A DNA stretch of 64,000 nt from assembly GCA_963782525.1 (NCBI GenBank), contig CAWAKC010000002.1, forward strand, positions 52,443 through 116,442, given 5' to 3'. The position numbers were made by a program, and so were the translations under genes. Below are positions 20,021 to 28,854 of the stretch, in pieces. The DNA comes from Candidatus Bathyarchaeota archaeon. Its GTDB lineage: Archaea > Thermoproteota > Bathyarchaeia > Bathyarchaeales > Bathycorpusculaceae. The notes under the pieces are model-generated. The model had not been told where the DNA came from and did not search any database. It saw only the letters and a list, made by a program, of their open reading frames with translations. Numbering within the stretch: the first letter of the stretch is position 1; the number at the start of each line of letters is the position of its first letter.

Positions 20021-20155
20021 AAAAAAATCAATAACGAACAATTAAACACTTCAAACCCCAAATGAACGACGAGTTTGTTGACGTTAACACGTAATAATAT
20101 TTTTTAAAAGCCTAAATTTTTAATTAAATCAATTTTACAAAACATATCTTTGAAA

Positions 20156-20425
20156 CTAATAAGATACAGTTTTGCGATTATCGTTTTCCAAATGCCTGCG
20201 GTTATAAATAATGTACCCAAAGAAGTATGCTGAACCCAAAATCAGAAATGCGCTATCTAAAGAATTTGGGAAAGAGGGAAAATAAACCCAATGATTAAAG
20301 AACGTCACAAACTTCAAAGCGATTCCTACGGTGCCAAAGAAAAATATCAAAAGTAATAAAAAACTAAGAAACTCTTTCCTACTTTTATAGAAAGCCTTCA
20401 TATTTTTATGCCCACCTGTGTACAA
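20156..20425 (-). CDS. small two-TM membrane protein
   Basis: Two hydrophobic segments; likely start MKAFYKS. Confidence 0.55.
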   Translation of the reverse strand: MYTGGHKNMKAFYKSRKEFLSFLLLLIFFFGTVGIALKFVTFFNHWVYFPSFPNSLDSAFLILGSAYFFGYIIYNRRHLENDNRKTVSY

Positions 20426-20604
20426 AAACAGCCTTGCCTTCTTGCAAAGGACCGCTAGTCACCATTGGATAACTGGAACAAAAATGTTTGTGGCAACACT
20501 GTAACAATCACAACAAATAGGAAATGGAAATTTTCACATTCAGTTCGTTAGAAAACTTTTTTCTTTAATTCCCACATCAAATCCAAACTAAGCAAAAATG
20601 TTGA

Positions 20605-20793
20605 CTAAACTTTCGCTTTGCATCCTTTGCTTAGATAACAGGCCAGGCAATTTTTTTCTTCGCCAGTATTCCAACAGATCCTTGTGCTTTTTTGAATGGG
20701 CGTTTCTAGATCCTGTATGCTTGAAGAGATAATTATGAGGTCTTTAGAGCTTTCTTGCTGAGTCTGGCTATTTGAGTGTGACATATGCTTCAT
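20605..20793 (-). CDS. small protein with C-terminal C-x8-C-x2-C-x5-C motif
   Basis: ICWNTGEEKNCLACYLSKGC; AAAGACTTATAT TATA box upstream on minus strand. Confidence 0.55.
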   Translation of the reverse strand: MKHMSHSNSQTQQESSKDLIIISSSIQDLETPIQKSTRICWNTGEEKNCLACYLSKGCKAKV

Positions 20794-20976
20794 CTTTAGT
20801 GTGCAAATTAGATATAAGTCTTTTGTTTATTAAGAAACAATATTTGATATTCATATCGGATTCGTATCCACAACTTTGCACTTTTGCACGCTCAAACTCG
20901 ATAAAATCTTTTTGCCTATTTGAGTGAGAAATGTTGAGTTGTTTTTGGGTGAAGAATAAAAGTTTAGGGTGCCCAG

Positions 20977-21333
20977 CTAATATTGAAGTGAAGTTTTGCC
21001 GCTGAAAGGAGTTGCAGAGTAATACAATTTGACATTTCTTTTTGGGCCCTGGTCATTTTCGCATAATAAATCAACAACACCTTGTTGCCTCTGTAAGAAT
21101 TCTAAGCCTTTGGTCGTTGGCATATACATAGATTTTCCATTGAGCGATATTTTTTCAAGAAGGGCTGTTTTCAAAAGTAACGATATGTATTGGTTTAGTT
21201 GGCTGAAACTTAGGTTTGCCTTGAACATGATTTGAGTTTTCGAGCTTCCTTTTCTAGTAATATTTATTATTTCTGCTATTATTATGAGCCTGTCACGTCT
21301 TTTGGGTTGGTTATTGATTATCTGGACCGTCAT
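20977..21333 (-). CDS. winged-helix transcriptional regulator, HTH_45/ArnR1-like (paralog 3)
   Basis: KRRDRLIIIAEII...KTQIMFKANLSFSQLNQYI...YMPTTKGLEFL. Confidence 0.88.
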   Translation of the reverse strand: MTVQIINNQPKRRDRLIIIAEIINITRKGSSKTQIMFKANLSFSQLNQYISLLLKTALLEKISLNGKSMYMPTTKGLEFLQRQQGVVDLLCENDQGPKRNVKLYYSATPFSGKTSLQY

Positions 21334-21581
21334 TAGTATTCCTCTTCTAGAGGTTAGTTCTATGCTACTTGAGATGGTTAATTTGTATTATAAGCCATGT
21401 TTCACTTATCTTAATATATCAGAATTGGGAATATGGCGTTAATTCTCCTAAAGAGGAATTGACCTAAATAAAATGATTAGAAGCCACAGGTCAATGATTT
21501 AATAAAGGGTTTGATCAAAAGAAATTTTGAACACCCAACGGACGCCTTACACCTCTTAAAATTGGTAAATTTTTTTCAGCG

Positions 21582-22271
21582 TTATGTTCCTTCTTTGGAG
21601 GTTAGGAATTCTTTAACTTTGTTTGAAGCATCTGCTTTGAGAATGTCGCCGTGACCAGGCAGCATAACTTTAAAGTCTAAAGTTGCGAGCTTGGCGATAG
21701 ACTGCTGCTCTTTTACCTCATCCCAAACGTACTGTTTAGGTCCAGCGACAACTTTGTCGCCGTCAAGGCGTAATGTGTCTCCTGAAAAGAGAACTTTTTT
21801 GTTGTCTTCGTAGAGGAATATGCTTCCCGGAGTATGACCTGGTGCTATAATGACGGTTAAGTTACCTATTTTATCGCCGTCTTTAAGGTTGATTTCAACG
21901 TTTGTTGGCGTTATTTTGATGAGTGATGACGCTGCTCGCATCAGAAGGTTTTTTGGTTTTGGATAGGGTTTTGCGCCTGAAATAACTTCTCCGTCTTCCG
22001 CTGACGCGGCTACTTTGGCGTTGGTTATGTCTTTGAGGTCTTTGACGCTGCCAGAATGGTCCATGTGAAAATGGGTTAAGATAATGGTTGAGACTTCGCT
22101 GGGTTGGTGACCGATTTTTTGGATGTACTCGACGATTTTCTTTGCGTTTCCTGGAGTTCCAGTGTCAACTACGAAGAGTTCTTTTCCGTTAATTATCAGG
22201 TAAACGTTGCTATGTGCCATGTTGTTGCTTGCTTCATCTATTCTGTGAATGCCTTCAATAATCTCCATCAA
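21582..22271 (-). CDS. MBL-fold metallo-hydrolase
   Basis: VDTG, THFHMDH (HxHxDH), PGHTPG, FSGD, LPGHG. Confidence 0.93.
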   Translation of the reverse strand: MMEIIEGIHRIDEASNNMAHSNVYLIINGKELFVVDTGTPGNAKKIVEYIQKIGHQPSEVSTIILTHFHMDHSGSVKDLKDITNAKVAASAEDGEVISGAKPYPKPKNLLMRAASSLIKITPTNVEINLKDGDKIGNLTVIIAPGHTPGSIFLYEDNKKVLFSGDTLRLDGDKVVAGPKQYVWDEVKEQQSIAKLATLDFKVMLPGHGDILKADASNKVKEFLTSKEGT

Positions 22272-22388
22272 AAAACCTCTGTTTATAATAAAATGGTTAG
22301 TTTCACGGAATATAAAAAGTAATTGAAACTTCTATTTAGTATAGGCTAAGATAAATTGAAGATCAGCGTTAAAGTCAACCGATGACTA

Positions 22389-23180
22389 TTGGTAGCATCT
22401 AATTTGAGATCCACGTTATTGCGTCGGCGAGCGCCGCAAATAATTGCTGCATCAATAATCATCATTATTGCTGTTTACGTTTCTTTTGAGTTTTTAGAGG
22501 ATGTGTTTATCGAAGGTGCCCCCTTAACGAGTGGTCCCTTGGTTAGCGCCATCATATCCTTCACGGGCAACATAAAAGATACGGTATCGTCTTGGGGGTA
22601 TCCTGGAATTTTTGGATTAATGATTCTTGAATCCAGTTCACTCCCAGTACCAAGCGAAGTAATACTTCCCTTCTCAGGCTATCTCGTTTCCACAGGGCAA
22701 CTAAACTTTTTGGAAACTGTAATTGTGGCAACCGTTGCCGCTTTGGTAGGTTCATTGATAGATTATTACATAGGATTGAAAGGAATTGAAGCGTTAACGA
22801 AGCGCAAGGTGTTAGGAAGGGCATTGTTATCTATGGATCAACTGACTTATGCGGGAAAATGGTTCAGCAAATATGGTTCTGCAGCCATTCTTCTTGGGCG
22901 TTTAATCCCTGGAATTAGGACTTTGATATCGTTTCCAGCGGGAGCAGCAAAGATGCCCCTAACAAAGTTTCTGGTGTATACCACTGCAGGATGTGTGTTG
23001 TGGAACAGCATTTTGATTTACGTGGGCTATTACTTAGGGAAAAATTGGGCAGAAGTAGCAAGCGTTTCCCATTACATACTCATCGCCGTTATAGGTGCAT
23101 TGGCAATCGTAATTGTTGGTTACTTGGTTAGGCGAAGAAGAAAAATAATGGAGCAGAGTAAAGTAAAGAAAACTAATTGA
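22389..23180 (+). CDS. DedA-family membrane protein
   Basis: LESSSLPVPSEVILPFSG, GRLIPGIRTLISFPAG. Confidence 0.93.
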   Translation: MVASNLRSTLLRRRAPQIIAASIIIIIAVYVSFEFLEDVFIEGAPLTSGPLVSAIISFTGNIKDTVSSWGYPGIFGLMILESSSLPVPSEVILPFSGYLVSTGQLNFLETVIVATVAALVGSLIDYYIGLKGIEALTKRKVLGRALLSMDQLTYAGKWFSKYGSAAILLGRLIPGIRTLISFPAGAAKMPLTKFLVYTTAGCVLWNSILIYVGYYLGKNWAEVASVSHYILIAVIGALAIVIVGYLVRRRRKIMEQSKVKKTN

Positions 23181-24198
23181 TTATGTCTACCTTCGGCTTG
23201 ATTTCGCCTTCGATGCTGAGGATTTTTGCCTCTTTAACCTGCACCATGCAGTCAACTTCTGCAGCTTCATTTAATTTTTGGTAGTCAACCGATTGCAAAA
23301 ATGCTGCATCGATTGAAACAGGCGAGTTAGAAGCAAAAATGCCCACGTCTTTCATGATGATTTCACCGGGGTTAGGTAAGCAGTCGCAGTATTGAGCGAT
23401 GTCTTTGGCGAAACTTACATAGGACACTTTGTTGGGTTTGAAGGTTGATAGGACGCCGTAAGCGGCTGATGCTAAGGCTTTGCTGAGGTTTTCTTTATCA
23501 ACGAAGCGTATGGCTTCCATGGGGCAGGCTCCGATGCATATTGGGCAACGCATGCATTGAGTTGAGGTGTTGTGTGCTTTTCCTTCGATGATTTCAGGTA
23601 TCTGAGTTGGACAGGCTTCTTTGCATTTTCCGCACCCCACACATTTTGAAGCATTTATTTCTAACCCAATAGTTCTATGTTGCCTAATCTTGCCAGCGCT
23701 TGGCGTGCAACCCATACCCAAATTCTTTATTGCGCCACCGAACCCGCTGAGTTCATGCCCTTTGCAATGCGAAACCACAACCATGGCATCTGCCTGTGAT
23801 ATGGCGCCTGAAACTTCAATTTCCTGCAAGATACCTAAGGTTTTTACTAGTTGGAAGTTTTCGCCTCTGAGTCCATCTGCCACGATAAAAGGCGCCATGT
23901 TGTACCCATTTATCAATGCGGTTTTCATGTGGTCGTAGGCGTTGTTTCGTTGGGCGTGGTAAGCGGTGTTGGAGTCTGTGAGGAAGGGTTTGCCTCCTAC
24001 CTCTTTAATTCTGTGGATTATTTCATGAACAAAGCAGGGTTGTACATAGTAGGGGTTGCCTAATTCGCCAACATGCAGTTTAACTGCGACAAGGTCACCT
24101 TTCTGTATGCCGTCAAAGGTTCCTGCCTGGTCGTAGAGTCGATTCGTTTCTTCCAGCAAGTTACGGCTGGTATCCCATGGAACTAAATGAACAGTCAA
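23173..24198 (-). CDS. DUF362-domain Fe-S protein with 2x[4Fe-4S] ferredoxin insert
   Basis: VAVKLHVGE, SHCKGHELSGFGGAIKNLGMG, CVGCGKC..CP and CMRCPIC..CP, CDC. Confidence 0.9.
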   Translation of the reverse strand: MTVHLVPWDTSRNLLEETNRLYDQAGTFDGIQKGDLVAVKLHVGELGNPYYVQPCFVHEIIHRIKEVGGKPFLTDSNTAYHAQRNNAYDHMKTALINGYNMAPFIVADGLRGENFQLVKTLGILQEIEVSGAISQADAMVVVSHCKGHELSGFGGAIKNLGMGCTPSAGKIRQHRTIGLEINASKCVGCGKCKEACPTQIPEIIEGKAHNTSTQCMRCPICIGACPMEAIRFVDKENLSKALASAAYGVLSTFKPNKVSYVSFAKDIAQYCDCLPNPGEIIMKDVGIFASNSPVSIDAAFLQSVDYQKLNEAAEVDCMVQVKEAKILSIEGEIKPKVDIIN

Positions 24199-24316
24199 TG
24201 CTAATCTCTCCTACATTTTAGATCATTAAAGCTTCTATAAAACTTAGCTTTGTATGAATTCGAGTTATAATATTACTTTAGTATTAACCCGACATCACGT
24301 GAAAATTGGAAGCAAA

Positions 24317-24565
24317 CTATGGTTTGCTTGCCTCTTCAAATACCTGGGAAATTAAATAATTGCCTATGCGTTCTGCTTCAGCTTGAGAAGCTTTCGGGTC
24401 GGCTACTTTTTGTTTGTGCTCTTCCATGTGTGCTTCGATTGCGTCGCTCATTACCTTAGCATCGGGGATTAACATTATTTCAAACCCACAAACACATCTA
24501 ATTATTATAGAATCGTTTTTGCAGACAAATCTCTTTTTTGGAAGGTCAGAAGGCATTGTTCTCAA
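24317..24565 (-). CDS. small CxC-x19-H-x3-H putative zinc-binding protein (paralog 4)
   Basis: IRCVCGFEIMLIPDAKVMSDAIEAHMEEH. Confidence 0.8.
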   Translation of the reverse strand: MRTMPSDLPKKRFVCKNDSIIIRCVCGFEIMLIPDAKVMSDAIEAHMEEHKQKVADPKASQAEAERIGNYLISQVFEEASKP

Positions 24566-24677
24566 CAGTTAGCTACTCCTATCAGGATAATTTAAGGGGT
24601 ATTTCCAAAATCTAACTAATCTTTTTTCGAATATGTTACCAAAAAGGAACTCCAAAGAAAAGAGGTTTAACTTTCAG

Positions 24678-24929
24678 TTAATATTGTTTTCCAGTGGCAA
24701 GCTTTTTCTGAATTTCCGCAGCTTGAATTTCGTCGTCAGCTAATATGTTAATCCATAGTTCGAACTCTGCTTTTGATATTTCCTTCTGTATGATTCCCTG
24801 TTGGTCTCCAGAGAAAAATCTTGATGGACCAGACGTTAACATTTTAGTGTAGAATATTCTGTCTGCTATGGTTATTTTGGATGAGCAGCCAATTCGTTCG
24901 CCTTCACTGTAATCGATTTCGTAGCCCAC
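24678..24929 (-). CDS. hypothetical protein
   Basis: 83-aa ORF, GTG start after GAGG SD. Confidence 0.7.
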   Translation of the reverse strand: MGYEIDYSEGERIGCSSKITIADRIFYTKMLTSGPSRFFSGDQQGIIQKEISKAEFELWINILADDEIQAAEIQKKLATGKQY

Positions 24930-25011
24930 TTATGAGACCTCTATTAATGCGTCAGTTTACGATAAATTAAAATTTTCTGATAAAACCCGAAAGTTATGCT
25001 TGGCAGTTTTA

Positions 25012-26625
25012 TCAATTTTTATCTGTTTCTTTTTTGCTGGGTTTTTTCCGCTTAACGAGCAAGTAACCTCCAGCTAAAACAATAGTGACTATTGCTATTA
25101 CGGCAACTAATAATACAATTGGAAATGGCGCGATGTTGAATGCAACTGATTTCTGTCCTGAATTACCCACCTCGTCAGTGGCATACACTTTCAAGGTGTG
25201 AGATCCATTTGCTAACGCTGCCAAAGTTACGTTTCCAGCAATCGCTTGTTTCTCTTGTCCATCCAAACTGTAAGCTAAGTAAGTCACATTTTCGTTTACG
25301 GAGAAGGTTAGCTGGATATCGGTTGAATCATAGGATTGATTTTGCGGAAGCAAGATGTCAATGATTGGTGGAAGAGTGTCGATGGAAAAGAAAACTGTGT
25401 TTGAAAAACCCATGTTTCCTAAGCTGTCGTTTGCATAGATTGTTATGTTGTGAGCTCCTTGAGAGAGTCCTGAAAGCGTAGTTTCTGTCGTTAGGGTTAT
25501 GTTCGTGTGGTTGTCTAAACTGTAACCCATCCATTGCGTGCCCCTGTTAACCGTAAAATCCAATGTCACATTTGCATAAGTTTTGTTTTCTGGGGAGGTG
25601 ATCTGCACTTTCGGCGCAACAGTTCCGTACCCAACTGGTTTGTACTCTTCGTTAATATTAAGCCAGTTTGTTCCATCAAACCCGCCGATGCAATATAAAA
25701 CATCACTCACCACTGCTATCCCAAGGTATGCTCTGGGCGTAGGCATCGTATCCACTGTACTCCAGGAATTATTCTCAAAACTAAACGCCTGGGTTAACCC
25801 GCTCAATAAGCCGCCATAATAACCGCCTACACGATAAATTCTGGGTGGCGCCATAATACCTTCTGTTAACGCAGCTGCTCCATAACTGTTAACGTTGGGC
25901 AAATTTGTTGCTAAACTCCAATTGCCCGTTTGAGTATCAAACATTTGATTAGCTGCAGTCGACGGTCCATTTCCAAGTAGAATGGATCTCAATGCACCCC
26001 CAATGATGTAGATTTTGGTATCAACGACAACAGAGGCGTAGCCCGAAACAGCCGTTGGAATCGGCTTGCTTAAACTCCAACTATCTTTGATTGGGTCATA
26101 AACTTCGTTGAGGCTTGTTTCGTTGAAGAAAGGATCTGCGCTCGAATATTTTTTTCCTCCTATAAGGTAAATTTTATCGTTAACTACGCTTCCACTCAAG
26201 TCGGCTCTCGGAGTAGGCATCGATGCTTTTGGCTCCCAAGTGTTGCTTACGGGATCATAGACTTCGTTGTTTCCAACAAAACCGTTGCCAACTGTTCCGC
26301 CTATAACGTAAATTTTGCCATCATAAACCGCAATGGCGGAGCCACTTCGCGGGGTAGGCATAGGCGTCATGTTCGTCCACGTGTCAGTTTGAGGATTATA
26401 CTCTTCATTCGTATTGAGGGGTAAGCCTGCTCCGTTTAAGCCTCCAATTGCAAATATTTTTCCGTTGACGGCTGCAACACCAAATTCTCCACGGGCAGTA
26501 GGCATAGGTGTAATTGTGCTCCAGCCACTTGAACTGTTAGCAGCTGCAGCTGGGTAAACATTGATCGCTGGTAGAACTGCAGCTCCAATAAGTAGGATGA
26601 TTAGGATTTGAGTGCGTTTGTTTAT
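25012..26625 (-). CDS. secreted Kelch-repeat beta-propeller with two Ig-like domains and C-terminal membrane anchor
   Basis: Kelch repeats (MPTPR...KIYVIGG...EVYDP...W), YSLD Ig-like repeats, C-terminal TM plus KRKK; ORF extends 40 codons upstream of the track ATG to a signal peptide starting at ATA 26625. Confidence 0.88.
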   Translation of the reverse strand: MNKRTQILIILLIGAAVLPAINVYPAAAANSSSGWSTITPMPTARGEFGVAAVNGKIFAIGGLNGAGLPLNTNEEYNPQTDTWTNMTPMPTPRSGSAIAVYDGKIYVIGGTVGNGFVGNNEVYDPVSNTWEPKASMPTPRADLSGSVVNDKIYLIGGKKYSSADPFFNETSLNEVYDPIKDSWSLSKPIPTAVSGYASVVVDTKIYIIGGALRSILLGNGPSTAANQMFDTQTGNWSLATNLPNVNSYGAAALTEGIMAPPRIYRVGGYYGGLLSGLTQAFSFENNSWSTVDTMPTPRAYLGIAVVSDVLYCIGGFDGTNWLNINEEYKPVGYGTVAPKVQITSPENKTYANVTLDFTVNRGTQWMGYSLDNHTNITLTTETTLSGLSQGAHNITIYANDSLGNMGFSNTVFFSIDTLPPIIDILLPQNQSYDSTDIQLTFSVNENVTYLAYSLDGQEKQAIAGNVTLAALANGSHTLKVYATDEVGNSGQKSVAFNIAPFPIVLLVAVIAIVTIVLAGGYLLVKRKKPSKKETDKN

Positions 26626-26797
26626 CTGTTTACCCCCGCGTTGTCTTCAGTATAAAATATCACATTATGCTTATAATATTAAAGGGTACCAGCCAACTAG
26701 AACTTGAAGTTATAAGAGCAGTTAGGCAAAATCTTGATTTGCTATGTGCAGAAAAGCTTAAGCCTACTAAAACAATAATTTCTATGAGGATTAATGC

Positions 26798-27252
26798 TTG
26801 ATTGGAAAGATTTTGGTAGCGGTGGATGGCTCAGAAAATTCTAACAGGGGTTTGGATTTTGCGTTGGATTTAGCAGAAAAATTCGGCAGCGTCGTTACGG
26901 TTTTGAATGTTAGTGAGACGCCCGCGATGGGTGCGGTGCCAATGGAGAGCCTACAGCTGTTTCAGGCGAAAGTATGGTTGTGTTTGGTAGAGACCTGAAG
27001 AGGATTCATGAAGAAATCCTCAACAAAGTGGTTGCTCAAGCCAAAACAGTTAAGCCCAATGTGGCAGTTTTGTCGGTGTTGCGTGAGGGGGATCCTGCGT
27101 TGGAGATTGTGAATATCGCTAAAGAGGAGGGTTTTGATTTGGTTGTGGTTGGTCATAAGGGTGCGGGGCGGGTGAAGGAGTTCTTTGGGTTGGGTGGTAT
27201 TAGCGAGAAGGTGGCTCATTTGGCTCCTTGCTCGGTCGTAATTATCAGATAA
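26798..27252 (+). CDS. universal stress protein (USP), split by a 2-nt frameshift
   Basis: KILVAVDGSENS in first ORF, GDPA...DLVVVGHKG...GGISEKVAHLAPCSV in second; deleting AG from GAGAG 26945-26949 fuses them. Confidence 0.85.
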
Positions 27253-27313
27253 TTCTTATTTTTCAGAAAAGCATAAATGTTCTTACAAATACTCACTTTT
27301 CAGTGAAAAACAC

Positions 27314-27583
27314 ATGACTACCAAAGACTGTTGTAACAAAGAATGCTGCAAAATCGCTGCCGTTGTCACAGTTGATGCCAAAGGACAAATCGTACTTCCC
27401 AAAGATCTCAGAGAAAAAGCAAAAATAAAACCCAACGACAAACTCGCCGTCATAGGATTCCAACGCGACAGCGAAGTATGCTGCATCGTAATGTTAAAAG
27501 TCGATGCACTTGAAGACACCATCAAAAATCTGTTAGGGCCAGTTTTTAAGAATGTGTTTCAACCGGAAGTGGAAAAAGTATGA
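27314..27583 (+). CDS. AbrB/MazE-like DNA-binding protein of the HgcAB-associated (HgcC-like) type
   Basis: CCKIAAVVTVDAKGQIVLPKDLREKAKIKPNDKL...VCCI; swapped-hairpin motif with vicinal Cys pairs. Confidence 0.78.
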   Translation: MTTKDCCNKECCKIAAVVTVDAKGQIVLPKDLREKAKIKPNDKLAVIGFQRDSEVCCIVMLKVDALEDTIKNLLGPVFKNVFQPEVEKV

Positions 27584-28377
27584 AAGAAGAAAAAGTACAC
27601 AAAGTAGTAAGAAAACGGTATGGTAAAATAGCTAAAACAAAAGCCCAGGCCTGCGGCTGCGGCTGCACATCAACCAGCCAGCAAATAGGCTACAGCAAGA
27701 ACGAATTATCCTCAGTTCCAGCGGGCGCTGATTTAAACCTTGGATGTGGAAACCCAATTGCCCTCGCATCGCTCAAAGAAGGCGAAACCGTTATTGACCT
27801 GGGTTCAGGCGGCGGTTTAGACTGTTTTTTAGCCGCGAGAAAAGTTGGTGCAAAAGGCAAAGTTATCGGCATAGATATGACGGCCGAGATGCTTGAGCGT
27901 GCAAGAGCCAACGCCAAGAAAGGCCGCTACCAAAACGTCGAGTTCCGCTTGGGCGAAATCGAGAACATGCCAGTTGCCGACAACACCGCCGACATCATAA
28001 TCAGCAACTGCGTCGTAAACCTCTCACCAGACAAACAACGTGTTTTCAACGAAGCATACCGCGTACTAAAAGCAAACGGGCGATTGATGATTTCCGACAT
28101 GGTTCTACTCAAAGAGTTGCCAGAGAGAGTGAAGAGTAGCGTTTTGGCGTATGTTGGTTGCGTTGCAGGTGCAGACTTAAAAGAGGATTACCTTGGAAAA
28201 ATCAAGCAAGCTGGGTTTAGAAACGTTGAGGTAGTGGCTGAAAACCATATGCCCGAACTGTTCCTTGACGAGCCAGACGTAAAGGCGTTCGTAGAAGAGC
28301 AAAAGATGACGAAGAAAGAAATTTCTGAGATTTCAGATGCCGTCGTAAGCATCAAGGTTTCAGCAAAAAAACCCTAA
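27580..28377 (+). CDS. arsM: arsenite S-adenosylmethionine methyltransferase
   Basis: LGCGNP, DLGSGGGLD, IISNCVVNL, GCVAGA conserved Cys motifs; 4-nt overlap with upstream gene. Confidence 0.9.
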   Translation: MKEEKVHKVVRKRYGKIAKTKAQACGCGCTSTSQQIGYSKNELSSVPAGADLNLGCGNPIALASLKEGETVIDLGSGGGLDCFLAARKVGAKGKVIGIDMTAEMLERARANAKKGRYQNVEFRLGEIENMPVADNTADIIISNCVVNLSPDKQRVFNEAYRVLKANGRLMISDMVLLKELPERVKSSVLAYVGCVAGADLKEDYLGKIKQAGFRNVEVVAENHMPELFLDEPDVKAFVEEQKMTKKEISEISDAVVSIKVSAKKP

Positions 28378-28389
28378 CCTTTTCTTTTG

Positions 28390-28731
28390 TTATTTTATAG
28401 ATGCCAATTCAAGTTTGGTTGGCTTAGAGCCCGATGTCTTCATAGCTTGCAATGCTCTTAGCCGGTCTATGTCTTCCATAGCCATTTCGGTTAATTGATT
28501 TTCAAGTTCAGGGGTAAGCTCGGCTTTGTATACTTTGATGGCAGCTTGGTAGATTTTAGCTTTTTTTATTTTGCATACATCGATTTTTTCGTCGGCATCA
28601 AGGCATAATGGGTGGCCGGATTCCATGTCAACTGCATCCACATGTCGTTCTTGAATGCTAACTCTATTAATTCGAATCCTTTTTTGTAGAGTTTCAACAT
28701 ATTTCCAGTCAGGTTTAAGCATGCTGATCAA
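28390..28731 (-). CDS. hypothetical protein
   Basis: 113-aa ORF filling the gap between genes; no family recognised. Confidence 0.6.
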   Translation of the reverse strand: MISMLKPDWKYVETLQKRIRINRVSIQERHVDAVDMESGHPLCLDADEKIDVCKIKKAKIYQAAIKVYKAELTPELENQLTEMAMEDIDRLRALQAMKTSGSKPTKLELASIK

Positions 28732-28854
28732 ATAATGATATTTGCTGGGCTTGCATTTTACCTTAACGGGGCGACCAAAAACTGCTGGCAGAAATACTTA
28801 ATTGCCGCTTTAACGCTAACAGAATTAACCAAAATTTTCGTTTAACCAAAATCG

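Noticed and set aside
100-21400. Provirus, IS element or diversity-generating retroelement as the cause of the accessory region
   Set aside because: No integrase, transposase, reverse transcriptase, capsid or packaging ATPase, terminal repeats or TR/VR pair could be seen by eye.
27314-27583. MazE/VapB antitoxin of a toxin-antitoxin pair
   Set aside because: The downstream gene is arsM, not a PIN or MazF toxin.
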